64,000 nt of DNA from the NCBI GenBank assembly GCA_963768575.1, contig CAVYIJ010000001.1, forward strand, positions 9,106-73,105, read 5' to 3'. Shown here piece by piece: positions 28,486 through 38,497 of this stretch. Source of the stretch: an uncultured Halobacteria archaeon (GTDB lineage Bacteria > Pseudomonadota > Gammaproteobacteria > UBA9214). Every line of letters starts with the position of its first letter. Positions within the stretch are counted from its first letter, which is position 1. The position numbers and the translations under genes are program-made. Below the pieces are notes generated by a model that had not been told where the DNA came from, searched no databases, and worked only from the letters and a program-made list of their open reading frames with translations.

Positions 28486-29907
28486 CTATAAAAACAGTTC
28501 GTTCATGTCTATGCCAAAGGCACCGACAGGCAGTCCGCGAGCCACTGTTATTTCCTCGCTCGTCATTGAAAGATCCATCGGCACGAACTGTGGCAGGGGT
28601 TCCTTGTTTTTATCCAGCAACAGGATGATCGATGGCCGCAGACGCCTGAGACCGTTGATCGCCACGACCGCGCCCACTTCACCGGTACTCAACTCGATCA
28701 GGGAGCCCGTAGGGTACAGGCCGATTGCCTGGATGAATTGCTCGATAAGTTCGGCCTGGTACTTTTCTCCGCGCAGGTTGTACAGTTCGGCAATGGCTTC
28801 GTGCGCAGACATCGGTTCGGCATCAATATAAACGCGTTTATTGTTCATCGCATCGTAACTGTCGACAATACCGGCGATTCTGCCAAACAGCGGTATTTCG
28901 TTATTTGACAGGCGCTGCGGATATCCGCTGCCGTCTGCACGCTCATGGTGGGTTGCCACCATTTGCATAACTTCTACCGGCAACGTTTCACCTGAGGAAT
29001 CTCTCGAGGTGTTGGCGAGGATTTTCACGCCGATGTCCACGTGCGAGCGCAATTGCTGCATTTCTTCCGGACTCAGCTGCCCGGTTTTAAGCAGCAATTC
29101 CCTGGGCAGCCTGGTCTTGCCAACATCCAGCAGCAACCCGCCGAGCGCAAGATTCTCGATCGCCGGTTTTTCCAGTCCCAGGTGCCGACCAAAGGTCGCA
29201 CACCATACGGAGGTGCTAAGGGACCTCGTATATGAATAATCATCTACCTCCCTGAGGCTGATGATCCACATCATCGCCGACGGGTTCCTGATGATGCTGT
29301 CCGTCATGTAGGTAATGCCCTTCTTCACGGCGGCCACATCCAGTACCCCGCCACGCTCGAGGTTGGACAGCATGTTGTTCAGGTCAACGCTGATATTCTT
29401 GTGAATGTCCTTTGCTGTATCCAGTTCATTGGTGAACTTCGTTTCAGTCGAGTAGTGCTGTTTCCTGAGATGACTGAAATCATCCTTTGTCTGGTTGTCT
29501 GCCGATGATTTTGTTTGTGCCCGGGCCCCGTTTTTGCGTGTGTAGTCCCGCGGAGCTTCCCTTAGAACCCAGAACCGTGGATCGGGTGACGAGCCTTTTT
29601 CTACATCGACGTAGACATAATTGCAGTACTTCCTCAATTTCTCGATGTCACTCGAAGTTTTTATCTGGATACCCTGCAGCATGAAGGGCGTCTTCAGCCA
29701 CGGACGGTCCAGGCGGGACACGTACATCCCGATTTCGAGACCTTCGATACTGGTTTTTATTTCTGTTTTCACTAAACAATCCCTGCTTGAAATTACTCGA
29801 TGACCTGTCAACGAAATAACAGTGACCCGGGCTCTTTTTACATCGCCTGATGTATCTCGTTGCCGTTGGCCAGGCACACCTGAAATAAATGCCTGGTCGA
29901 CCAGCAA
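28486..29907 (-). CDS. HD-GYP phosphodiesterase with N-terminal DUF3391-like domain
   Basis: HHERADGSGYP (HD...GYP) and N-terminal GMYVSRLDRPWLKTPF. The likely start is GTG 29772, which has AGGGA 7 nt upstream; the frame is open to 29907. Confidence 0.8.
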   Translation of the reverse strand: MLVDQAFISGVPGQRQRDTSGDVKRARVTVISLTGHRVISSRDCLVKTEIKTSIEGLEIGMYVSRLDRPWLKTPFMLQGIQIKTSSDIEKLRKYCNYVYVDVEKGSSPDPRFWVLREAPRDYTRKNGARAQTKSSADNQTKDDFSHLRKQHYSTETKFTNELDTAKDIHKNISVDLNNMLSNLERGGVLDVAAVKKGITYMTDSIIRNPSAMMWIISLREVDDYSYTRSLSTSVWCATFGRHLGLEKPAIENLALGGLLLDVGKTRLPRELLLKTGQLSPEEMQQLRSHVDIGVKILANTSRDSSGETLPVEVMQMVATHHERADGSGYPQRLSNNEIPLFGRIAGIVDSYDAMNNKRVYIDAEPMSAHEAIAELYNLRGEKYQAELIEQFIQAIGLYPTGSLIELSTGEVGAVVAINGLRRLRPSIILLLDKNKEPLPQFVPMDLSMTSEEITVARGLPVGAFGIDMNELFL

Positions 29908-30111
29908 ATAATCGGCTGATCAGGGAGTTACTTGAAAACCGGTATTGCAGGGGGCAGGGCACAGAACGGGCCGCCTTGAGCGTCATTCCGGCAGGCTGGC
30001 GGGCGATTTCAGCACACCCTGCATTGGTCGATGCCGCTACATTGATCTCCCCGAACTATCAGGGGCGCGGTTTGGAACATGCGGAAATATGTATATTAAA
30101 CAAAAAGATAA

Positions 30112-30207
30112 AAGAATATCACGCAGAGGCGCAAAGGCGCAGAGAAAATATAGCCACAGAGAACACAGAGAACACAGAGAAATAAGATTGCCTGGATTAA
30201 GTGTTAA
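30112..30207 (+). repeat. REP/MITE-like element, copy 3
   Basis: AATATCACGCAGAGGCGCAAAGGCGCAGAGAAAATATAGCCACAGAGAACACAGAGAACACAGAGAAATAAGATTGCCTGGATTAAGTGTTAAC. Confidence 0.8.
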
Positions 30208-30296
30208 CGGTTGAATTGAGCGGCGCGCGTCAACGCGTCCGGCCCCGAAGGAGAGTACTCGAATGATTTATTATGCCTTGAGGTCATCCTCCAACA

Positions 30297-30358
30297 TCTT
30301 CAAGGGGTCAGGTCTGAGCTTATTGTCGTGTGGCTCAAGTACTCTGACCCCTTGAAGG
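30297..30358. repeat. 14-bp perfect-stem hairpin between inverted repeat copies 3 and 4
   Basis: CTTCAAGGGGTCAG ...34 nt... CTGACCCCTTGAAG. Confidence 0.7.
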
Positions 30359-30364
30359 CAGTAT

Positions 30365-30470
30365 CTATGGCATATTTTATCTCTGTGTCCTCTGTGTTCT
30401 CTGTGGCAATTATTTTATGTTTTCTCTGCGCCTTGGCGTCTTTGCGCGAGGCGGTTTCAAGGCAAAACAA
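30365..30470 (-). repeat. REP/MITE-like element, copy 4 (inverted; with copy 3 forms a MITE-like inverted pair)
   Basis: Reverse complement: CGCGCAAAGACGCCAAGGCGCAGAGAAAACATAAAATAATTGCCACAGAGAACACAGAGGACACAGAGATAAAATATGCC. Confidence 0.75.
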
Positions 30471-31047
30471 CCCCCGCATTCCCCAGCATGGCCGTCAACC
30501 GGATCAGCGGCAGCCCGATCAGTGCCGTCGGGTCATCACCGATCATCTTTTCGAACAGCGTGATGCCGAGTCCCTCGGACTTGAAGCTGCCGGCGCAGTT
30601 ATAGGGCTGCTCTGCACGCAGGTAACGCTCGATCTGTTCGGCGGTCAAATCCCTGAACTGCACCGTGAAGATGACAACATCGACCTGCGCTTCATGGTGC
30701 CGTGTGTCCAGCAGGCAGAGTCCCGTGTAAAAGCTGACGCGGTTGCCGGACAGCCTTCCCAGTTGCGCGACGGCATTTTCATGGTTGCCGGGCTTGCCGA
30801 GTATTTCATCATCGACAGTGGCGACCTGGTCAGAGCCGATAATCAGGCCGGCGTGCGTGTTACCCACGGCACGCGCCTTGTGCTCGGCGAGACGCTCGAC
30901 CAGGCCGGCCGGTTTTTCGCCGGGCAGGGCGGTTTCATCGATATCGGGGCTGACCGTCGTGTAGTCAAGGCACAGCCGGTCGAGCAGTGCTTTTCGATAG
31001 GGTGAGGAAGAGGCCAGGATGATCGGCGGCGTGTCAACTCCCGGCAT
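30457..31047 (-). CDS. maf: Maf-like nucleoside triphosphate pyrophosphatase (YceF type)
   Basis: IILASSSPYRKALL...; 196 aa. Note it lies on the strand opposite the rluC-sppA block, unlike Pseudomonas. Confidence 0.8.
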   Translation of the reverse strand: MPGVDTPPIILASSSPYRKALLDRLCLDYTTVSPDIDETALPGEKPAGLVERLAEHKARAVGNTHAGLIIGSDQVATVDDEILGKPGNHENAVAQLGRLSGNRVSFYTGLCLLDTRHHEAQVDVVIFTVQFRDLTAEQIERYLRAEQPYNCAGSFKSEGLGITLFEKMIGDDPTALIGLPLIRLTAMLGNAGVVLP

Positions 31048-32854
31048 CGATTACCACCAGCGTTTCGTCGGGGTTGACCGTATCGCCCTTGGCGACATAA
31101 ACGGCCGTGACGCGGCCGGCGATGGGTGCCGTTATTTCGGTTTCCATTTTCATCGCCTCGGTGATCAGCACCGGGGTGCCGGCCTCGACCCGGTCGTCGA
31201 CCTGCACCAGTACCTCGATAATAGTGCCGGGCATGGAGGCCGTGACATGTCCGGGTTCGGTTGCGCGCGGCCGCTGGCTGCCCTTGGCGGATGTTGCCGT
31301 GTCCTTGTCGCCGACCGTTATCTCGTCCAGCGTCTCCACCAGGACTTCCTCGGGGACGCCGTCGACGGTCATGTAAAACGGCCGGTTATCCAGCGTGCGG
31401 TGACCGGTGCCGGTGATCTTTATGTGATACCGCTCGCCGTGCAGGGCGACATTGAACTCGGTCGGCCGCGTGCTCGTATCGGCGCTGTCGCTGACGGGTT
31501 CCAGTTGTTCGGGAACGAGCGCATTGTCTCTGCGCTGCTCCAGGAAAGTCTTGCCGATCTCCGGGAACATGGCGTAGGTGAGGACATCGGCTTCATTTTC
31601 CGCCAGCGCGCCGACCTCCTCACGCAAGCGGTCCATTTCATTCGCCAGCAAATCCGCCGGGCGTACGTCGATCACCTGCTCCTTGCCGATGGCCTGCTGC
31701 TGCACTGCCGGGTCGACCGCGGCGGGCGCCTTGCCATAACGGCCCTGCAGATACATTTTCACCTCGTTGGTGATGGTCGAGTAGCGCTTGCCGGTGAGTA
31801 CGTTCAGCATGGCCTGTGCACCGACGATCTGCGAGGTCGGGGTCACCAGGGGTGGATAGCCGAGGTCTTTCCTGACCGCCGGGATCTCGGCAAAGACATC
31901 CTCGATGCGGTCCAGGGCGCCCTGTTCGCGCAGTTGTGCATACAGGTTGGAGATCATGCCGCCGGGCACCTGGTAGACCTGCACGCGCGTATCCGGCCCG
32001 AGATAGTCATTCTCGTACTGGTGATACTTCTTGCGCACGTCACGAAAATGCAGGCCGATTTCCTGCAACGCATCGAGGTCGAGGCCGGTATCGTATTCCG
32101 TGCCGCGCAATGCAACGACCATGCTCTCGGTCGGCGCATGGCTGGTGCTGCCGGAGAACGATGAAATGGCCGTATCGATATGGCGGCAGCCGTTCTCGAT
32201 GGCCTTCAGCAGGCACATCTCGGCCGTGCCGGAGGTGGTGTGGGTATGTAGATGGACAGGCAGCCGGGTTGCCCGGGTGATTTCACCGACAAGTTCGGAC
32301 GTCACCCTGGGTGTCATCAGGCCGGCCATGTCCTTGATGACAATACTGTCGCAGCCCATGCCTTCCAGTTCACGGGCCATCGCGACGAAGGTGTCCGTGT
32401 TATGTACCGGGCTGGTCGTGTAGCAAATGGTGCCCTGGGCATGTTTGCCGACATTACGGACCGCCTTGATTGCGGTTTGCAGGTTACGCGTGTCATTGAG
32501 TGCATCGAAAATGCGGAATACATCGATACCGGCGTCGGCCGCCTGCTTGATAAAGGCCTCGACAACATCATCGGAGTAGTGGCGGTAACCCAGCAGGTTC
32601 TGACCGCGCAACAGCATTTGCAGGCGGGTATTCGGCAGTGCGACGCGCAATTCCTTCAGTCGCAGCCAGGGATCCTCCTTCAGGTAGCGCAGACAGGCGT
32701 CGAAAGTCGCGCCGCCCCAGACCTCCAGAGACCAGTAACCGATCCGGTCCAGGCGTTCACAGGCCGGCAGCATGTCTTCGGTGCGCATGCGCGTGGCAAT
32801 CAGCGATTGGTGCGCATCGCGCAGGATGACATCCGTGATATGTACCTTTGTCAT
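31034..32854 (-). CDS. Pyruvate carboxylase subunit B / oxaloacetate decarboxylase alpha-like (carboxyltransferase + C-terminal biotinyl domain)
   Basis: MTKVHITDVILRDAHQSL..., C-terminal EAMKMETEI biotinylation motif. Confidence 0.85.
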   Translation of the reverse strand: MTKVHITDVILRDAHQSLIATRMRTEDMLPACERLDRIGYWSLEVWGGATFDACLRYLKEDPWLRLKELRVALPNTRLQMLLRGQNLLGYRHYSDDVVEAFIKQAADAGIDVFRIFDALNDTRNLQTAIKAVRNVGKHAQGTICYTTSPVHNTDTFVAMARELEGMGCDSIVIKDMAGLMTPRVTSELVGEITRATRLPVHLHTHTTSGTAEMCLLKAIENGCRHIDTAISSFSGSTSHAPTESMVVALRGTEYDTGLDLDALQEIGLHFRDVRKKYHQYENDYLGPDTRVQVYQVPGGMISNLYAQLREQGALDRIEDVFAEIPAVRKDLGYPPLVTPTSQIVGAQAMLNVLTGKRYSTITNEVKMYLQGRYGKAPAAVDPAVQQQAIGKEQVIDVRPADLLANEMDRLREEVGALAENEADVLTYAMFPEIGKTFLEQRRDNALVPEQLEPVSDSADTSTRPTEFNVALHGERYHIKITGTGHRTLDNRPFYMTVDGVPEEVLVETLDEITVGDKDTATSAKGSQRPRATEPGHVTASMPGTIIEVLVQVDDRVEAGTPVLITEAMKMETEITAPIAGRVTAVYVAKGDTVNPDETLVVIDAGS

Positions 32855-32878
32855 GAGCTGTCCGTTCGTTCCCTTTTG

Positions 32879-34297
32879 TTACATGCCCAGGTGGGCCGAA
32901 ATTGCCGCGGTTATCGCGGCCGTCAATTCCCGTGTGGGGCGGCTGGTTTTGTAGTTCACCAGTTCCGGGTGGTCTTCCACGAACCCGGTATTGAAATTAC
33001 CTTGCCTGAAGGCAGGCACTTTCAGAATTTCCATGTAATAAGGGATCGTCGTACGCACCCCGTACACGCCGGTATCCTGCAGTGCACGACTGGCGCGGTT
33101 CAATAAATCCTCCCAGGTCAGCGCCCACACCGTCAGCTTGGCGCACATGGAATCATAGCAGGGTGGAATTTCATAGCCGGTATAAATCGCGGCATCCGTG
33201 CGCACGCCGGGACCGCCGGGCGCGAAATAACGCGTGATTTTTCCGAAACTCGGCAGGAAATCGTTCTTCGGGTCTTCGGCATTGATGCGCAGTTCCATGG
33301 CAAAACCGCGCCGCTGGATATCGGACTGTGCATAGCGCAGCGGTTGATCGTTCGCGATATTGATCTGTTCCTGCACGATATCGATGCCGGTGATTGCCTC
33401 GGTCACGGTGTGCTCAACCTGCAGGCGGGTATTCATTTCCATGAAGTAGAAATTGCCTTCATCGTCGAGCAGGAATTCCACGGTACCCGCATTTTCGTAA
33501 TGCACGGCTTTGGCGGCCCGCACGGCCATTTCGCCCAGGTGTTCACGTTGCGCCTCGTCCAGTTGCGGCGAGGGTGCGATCTCGATCAGTTTCTGGTGGC
33601 GGCGCTGGATCGAGCAGTCGCGCTCGAACAGGTGGATGCAGTGGCCGTGGGAGTCTGCCAGCACCTGGACCTCGATGTGACGCGGCCGGACGATGCATTT
33701 TTCCATGAAGATGTCGGCCTGGCCGAAGGCCTTGGCTGCCTCGGACAGTACCCGGTCATAATATTTGCGCAGTTCCAGCTCCGAGTTGCAGCGGCGGATC
33801 CCGCGGCCGCCACCGCCGGAGGTGGCCTTCAGCATCACCGGGTAGCCGATTTTCATTGCCAGGCTGACGGCGGCATCGAGATTTTCGAGATTGCCGTCAC
33901 TGCCGGGCACGACCGGAATGCCCGCTTCGATCATGGCCTTGCGGGCTTCCACCTTGTTACCCATTCGGCTGATGACGCGTGCGTCCGGGCCGATGTAACG
34001 CACGTGCCGCAAGCGGCATATCTCCGCCAGCAGCGGATTTTCGGAGAGAAAGCCGTAACCGGGGTGCAGTGCGTCACAGCCGGCGGCCACCGCCAGGTTG
34101 ACGATGCGGTGTGCGTTCAGGTAGCCGGCGATGGTTTCCGGCCCGATGTTGTAGGCCTCATCCGCTTTTTTGACATGCAGGGCATGGCGATCGGCGTCCG
34201 CGTAGATGGCCACGGAGGTGATGCCGGCCTCGGCGCAGGCACGAATAATGCGAACAGCGATTTCACCGCGGTTCGCTATCAGTATTTTCTTGATCAA
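32879..34297 (-). CDS. Biotin carboxylase (pyruvate carboxylase subunit A / AccC-like)
   Basis: MIKKILIANRGEIAVRIIRAC..., ATP-grasp, 472 aa. Confidence 0.85.
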   Translation of the reverse strand: MIKKILIANRGEIAVRIIRACAEAGITSVAIYADADRHALHVKKADEAYNIGPETIAGYLNAHRIVNLAVAAGCDALHPGYGFLSENPLLAEICRLRHVRYIGPDARVISRMGNKVEARKAMIEAGIPVVPGSDGNLENLDAAVSLAMKIGYPVMLKATSGGGGRGIRRCNSELELRKYYDRVLSEAAKAFGQADIFMEKCIVRPRHIEVQVLADSHGHCIHLFERDCSIQRRHQKLIEIAPSPQLDEAQREHLGEMAVRAAKAVHYENAGTVEFLLDDEGNFYFMEMNTRLQVEHTVTEAITGIDIVQEQINIANDQPLRYAQSDIQRRGFAMELRINAEDPKNDFLPSFGKITRYFAPGGPGVRTDAAIYTGYEIPPCYDSMCAKLTVWALTWEDLLNRASRALQDTGVYGVRTTIPYYMEILKVPAFRQGNFNTGFVEDHPELVNYKTSRPTRELTAAITAAISAHLGM

Positions 34298-34451
34298 GTG
34301 GATACCCGGTTGCCAGATGGCGAAGCACCTTAACTACGTAATTTCCATTGCCCTGTCAATAGCAGGGCAGCCGCACAAGCGCTGGAAAATACAGACTTAT
34401 CAGTGTTTCCCTTTTGACACGGGCAGGGACAGTCGATAGTATAAGCAGGTT

Positions 34452-34967
34452 ATGATAGACCACCTGCCAGAGCGCCTCGATCTGCTGGCGACAGCCGGGG
34501 CCGGGCGTGTGTTGAGAGGCAGCCTGCAACTCGCGCAACTCGAGCGGGTAGTGCCGGTGCTGGCGTCGAGCGAAGGTGAATTGCAGGTGATGTTCGAGCT
34601 GGGCAAGGACCCTGCCGGTATTCACTACCTGGCCGGCAGCATTCAGGGTGAGGTTGTGCTGAATTGCCAGCGTTGCCTGGAGCCGGTGGCAACGCAGCTG
34701 GACGTGAAGTTACGGCTCGGCCTGGTGCGCGACGAAACGGCTGCGGCCGGTTTGCCGGAAAAATATGAGCCGCTGGTCGTCACGAGTGAGCCGGCCAGCA
34801 CCGCGGATATTGTGTCAGACGAGGTATTGCTGGCCTTGCCGCTGGTACCGATGCATGTTGAAGACAGCCGGTGCCTGGATTTTACAAAAGATTATCAATT
34901 GCCGGAAAGTGAATTACGCGAGAATCCGTTCGCGGTACTGGCGGGGTTAAAACAGAAACAGCAGTAA
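34452..34967 (+). CDS. yceD: YceD/DUF177 large-ribosomal-RNA accumulation protein
   Basis: Conserved position upstream of rpmF-plsX; CQRC Cys pair. Confidence 0.75.
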   Translation: MIDHLPERLDLLATAGAGRVLRGSLQLAQLERVVPVLASSEGELQVMFELGKDPAGIHYLAGSIQGEVVLNCQRCLEPVATQLDVKLRLGLVRDETAAAGLPEKYEPLVVTSEPASTADIVSDEVLLALPLVPMHVEDSRCLDFTKDYQLPESELRENPFAVLAGLKQKQQ

Positions 34968-34982
34968 AGAGGAGTAAGCAAC

Positions 34983-35162
34983 ATGGCCGTACAGAAGAGT
35001 CGCAAGACGCCGTCCCGTCGTGGCATGCGTCGTTCACACGACAAGCTGACAGCAAGCACGCTTTCAATCGAGCCGACAACCGGCGAGACACACCTGCGTC
35101 ATCACATCAGTGCTGACGGTTTCTACAAGGGTCGCAAGGTTATAGACAAAGACCTGGACTGA
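34983..35162 (+). CDS. rpmF: 50S ribosomal protein L32
   Basis: [22 protein letters not shown]...; 59 aa, below the ORF-track length cutoff. Confidence 0.85.
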   Translation: MAVQKSRKTPSRRGMRRSHDKLTASTLSIEPTTGETHLRHHISADGFYKGRKVIDKDLD

Positions 35163-35242
35163 TTGTCCTGCATCCTGTTGAATCCAGTGGGCGTCTTTTC
35201 CGATGCTGTCTGCAGCCAGCCGGCTGACTATGCAGTATCTTC

Positions 35243-36280
35243 ATGCGCCGCGTGAGTAACCGCATCACGATTGCGCTGGACGCGATGGGCGGCGATTTCG
35301 GTGCCAGCGTCGTCGTGCCTGCGGCCGTGCTGGCCGCCAGGGAAAATCCGGATATAGACTTCATACTGGTCGGCGACGAGGCCGAACTGGGCAAGGCGCT
35401 CGACCGGGAATCGGCCGCCGGGGACAGCCAGTTGCGCATTCGGCATGCGAGTCAGAAAGTAGAGATGGACGAAGCACCGTCCAGCGCGCTGCGTAACAAG
35501 AAGGATTCTTCCATGCGCGTTGCCCTCAACCTGGTCAAGGACGGTGCAGCGGATGCCTGTGTGAGCGCGGGCAATACCGGCGCGCTGATGGCGACGTCAC
35601 GATTTGTGCTGAAGATGTTGCCGGGTATTGACCGGCCGGCCATTTGCACCGCGCTGCCCTCCGAGAAAAGTCATACCTGGATGCTGGATCTCGGCGCCAA
35701 CGTGGATTGCGATGCCGAACACCTGCTGCAGTTCGCGCTCATGGGGTCGGAACTGGCAGGCGCGGTGGATGGCAACCGGCACCCGTCAGTCGGCGTGCTG
35801 AATATCGGCGAAGAGGAGATCAAGGGCAATGAGCAGGTCAAGGAAGCGGCGCGGTTGATTTCGGAAAGCAGCCTGAACTATGCCGGTTTTGCCGAGGGCG
35901 ATGATATCTACAAGGGTAATTTCGACGTCATTGTCTGCGATGGTTTTATCGGTAATGTTTCGCTGAAGACCAGCGAGGGCGTGGCAAGGATGATCGCCAC
36001 GTTTATTAAACAGGAATTTACCCGTAATATCGCTACCAGGCTTGCTGCGCTGGTTGCCATGCCGGTATTGAAGGCGTTCCGGCGCAGGATCGATCCGCGG
36101 CTTTATAATGGAGCAAGTCTGCTCGGCTTGCGCGGTATCGTCATCAAGAGTCATGGCAGTGCCGATGCAATATCGTTCAGGAATGCGATCAAGGTCGCGA
36201 TTGTCTCGGTTCGGGAAGCTGTGCCCGACCGCATCAGCGCCAGGTTGCAGTCCTTTCAGGAAAACAGGCAGGTCACATGA
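35243..36280 (+). CDS. plsX: Phosphate acyltransferase PlsX
   Basis: 345 aa, [14 protein letters not shown]-terminus. Confidence 0.9.
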   Translation: MRRVSNRITIALDAMGGDFGASVVVPAAVLAARENPDIDFILVGDEAELGKALDRESAAGDSQLRIRHASQKVEMDEAPSSALRNKKDSSMRVALNLVKDGAADACVSAGNTGALMATSRFVLKMLPGIDRPAICTALPSEKSHTWMLDLGANVDCDAEHLLQFALMGSELAGAVDGNRHPSVGVLNIGEEEIKGNEQVKEAARLISESSLNYAGFAEGDDIYKGNFDVIVCDGFIGNVSLKTSEGVARMIATFIKQEFTRNIATRLAALVAMPVLKAFRRRIDPRLYNGASLLGLRGIVIKSHGSADAISFRNAIKVAIVSVREAVPDRISARLQSFQENRQVT

Positions 36281-37245
36281 TCTACTCGCGAATTACAGGT
36301 ACCGGCAGCTATTTGCCCGAAAAGATTCTCTCGAACCAGGATCTGGAAAAGATCATGGATACCACGGACGAGTGGATCCGCGAGCGGACCGGCATCGCCG
36401 AACGGCATATCGCTGCCGGTGATGAGACGACTTGCGACCTGGCCGAGATTGCCGCTACTCGCGCCATGGAGGCGGCGGGCAAGACACCGCGCCAGGTCGA
36501 TCTGATCGTGTTTGCAACGACCACGCCTGACCGGGTGTTTCCGAGCACGGCCTGCCTGCTGCAGCAACGACTCGATATTCACGGTACGGCTGCGTTCGAC
36601 ATCCAGGCCGTATGTACCGGTTTTATTTATGCCATGGGTGTGGCCGACAAGTTCATCAAGACCGGTTCTGCAAAATGCGCGCTGGTCGTGGGTGCCGAAA
36701 CGCTGTCGAGAATTGTCGACTGGAATGACCGCAATACAGCCATCCTGTTCGGTGACGGTGCCGGCGCGATCATACTCGAGGCCAGTGATGAGCCCGGCAT
36801 CCTGTCCACGCACCTGCACGCCGATGGCAGCTATGAACACCTGCTGACCGTACCGGCCGGTATTTCACAGGGCTACGATAAAGTGCAGGCCGGGCAGGCC
36901 TACGTGCAAATGCAGGGTAACGAGGTATTCAAGATGGCGGTGAATACCCTTGGCCGCATCGTCGATGAAACGCTTGCGGCCAATGACATGAGCAAGTCCG
37001 AAATCGACTGGCTGATTCCGCATCAGGCAAATATCCGCATCATCCAGGCGACAGCGAGGAAACTGCGTATGTCCATGGATCGTGTGGTCGTGACGGTGGG
37101 CGAGCATGGCAATACGTCGGCAGCTTCGGTGCCGCTTGCGCTGGATGTCGCCGTGCGTGACGGACGCATACAGCGCGGCGAGACGCTTCTCCTGGAGGCC
37201 TTCGGCGGCGGCTTCACCTGGGGCTCTGCGCTGGTGAAATATTGA
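36277..37245 (+). CDS. fabH: 3-oxoacyl-ACP synthase III
   Basis: [14 protein letters not shown]..., active-site C ([11 protein letters not shown]), H, N. Confidence 0.9.
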   Translation: MIYSRITGTGSYLPEKILSNQDLEKIMDTTDEWIRERTGIAERHIAAGDETTCDLAEIAATRAMEAAGKTPRQVDLIVFATTTPDRVFPSTACLLQQRLDIHGTAAFDIQAVCTGFIYAMGVADKFIKTGSAKCALVVGAETLSRIVDWNDRNTAILFGDGAGAIILEASDEPGILSTHLHADGSYEHLLTVPAGISQGYDKVQAGQAYVQMQGNEVFKMAVNTLGRIVDETLAANDMSKSEIDWLIPHQANIRIIQATARKLRMSMDRVVVTVGEHGNTSAASVPLALDVAVRDGRIQRGETLLLEAFGGGFTWGSALVKY

Positions 37246-37261
37246 TCAGGATTTTTATTCA

Positions 37262-37489
37262 CCGCTCTACATAATAATTTTCCCTCCCCCCCGGGACGAC
37301 TACATGGATGTAGGAGGTAGAGTAACGCATGGAGCAGTTACCGAGAGGGACAGTGAGAGGAGATATAAACAGGCAGTTAGGATTTTTTGATCCCCTCTCC
37401 CCAACCCTCCCCCTGAGGGGGAGGGGGTTCAGGAATAATTGATTTTCTTGGCGCCCTTCGCGCCTTTGCGGTGAGAAAGAATATTTACC
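37262..37489. repeat. fabH-fabD intergenic insertion containing a perfect G/C hairpin (37405-37425 CCCTCCCCC-TGA-GGGGGAGGG) and a diverged REP/MITE core copy (37432-37484)
   Basis: fabH and fabD are normally adjacent. Here they are separated by 244 bp of palindromic/repeat DNA. Confidence 0.7.
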
Positions 37490-38443
37490 ATGACAGCTGT
37501 AAACGAAAATATTGACAAGTCTTTAGCCATTGTATTTCCCGGCCAGGGATCACAGTCCGTCGGCATGCTGGGCGAGCTGTCTGCTGACAGTCCGCAGGTT
37601 GGTGAAACGTTCGCCGATGCCAGCGATGTGCTGCAATATGACCTGTGGAAACTGGTGCAGGATGGGCCCGAGGTCGATCTTAACCGGACCGACAGGACGC
37701 AACCGGCGATGCTGGCTGCCGGGGTGGCTGTCTGGCGTGCATGGCAGGCGCATGGCGGCGCGCTGCCAGCGGTAATGGCCGGACACAGCCTGGGTGAATA
37801 CACGGCGCTGGTGAGTGCCGGCGCGCTGGAATTCCGGGAAGCGATCGCGCTGGTTGCCGAACGAGGACGTTTAATGCAGGACGCGGTACCGGCCGGTACC
37901 GGCGCCATGGCCGCCATACTGGGGCTTGATGATGCGCTGGTTACGGATGTTTGCAGTCGGGCGTCCGGTGACGAGATCGTCGAACCGGTTAACTACAATT
38001 CACCTGGCCAGGTAGTGATCGCAGGCAATGCGGCTGCCGTGGAGCGTGCGATTTCACTCGCCAAAGAGGCCGGGGCAAAACGTGCCGTTACATTACCGGT
38101 GAGTGTACCGTCCCATTGTGCATTGATGCGGCCGGCTGCTGAAAAATTTGCATCGCATCTCGATAAAGCGAACTTTCAACAACCCGCCATGCCGGTTATA
38201 CAGAACGTCGATGCAGTACCACAGACAGACCCTGCAGTTATACGCGACAACCTGGCCAGGCAATTGTATAGCCCGGTGCAGTGGGTCAGGTCTGTGCATG
38301 CCATGCAGACACTGGGCGTCACACGCCTGGTCGAAGCCGGTCCCGGCAAGGTGCTTGCCGGTTTGTGCAAGCGCATCGACAAGTCAATCGACAATGTGGC
38401 TGTGTATGATCCGGCATCGCTGCAAGCGGCACTGTCAGGCTGA
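37490..38443 (+). CDS. fabD: Malonyl-CoA:ACP transacylase
   Basis: GQGSQ, GHSLGEY active-site motif. Confidence 0.9.
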   Translation: MTAVNENIDKSLAIVFPGQGSQSVGMLGELSADSPQVGETFADASDVLQYDLWKLVQDGPEVDLNRTDRTQPAMLAAGVAVWRAWQAHGGALPAVMAGHSLGEYTALVSAGALEFREAIALVAERGRLMQDAVPAGTGAMAAILGLDDALVTDVCSRASGDEIVEPVNYNSPGQVVIAGNAAAVERAISLAKEAGAKRAVTLPVSVPSHCALMRPAAEKFASHLDKANFQQPAMPVIQNVDAVPQTDPAVIRDNLARQLYSPVQWVRSVHAMQTLGVTRLVEAGPGKVLAGLCKRIDKSIDNVAVYDPASLQAALSG

Positions 38444-38497
38444 TCCTGTAATGACGGATTCAGGGCTTCCAGTAAATCGAAAGGACAGGAAAAAATC

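Noticed and set aside
31019-32164. 381-aa plus-strand ORF
   Set aside because: It is antisense to the pyruvate carboxylase B-subunit gene.
33344-34333. 329-aa plus-strand ORF
   Set aside because: It is antisense to the biotin carboxylase gene.
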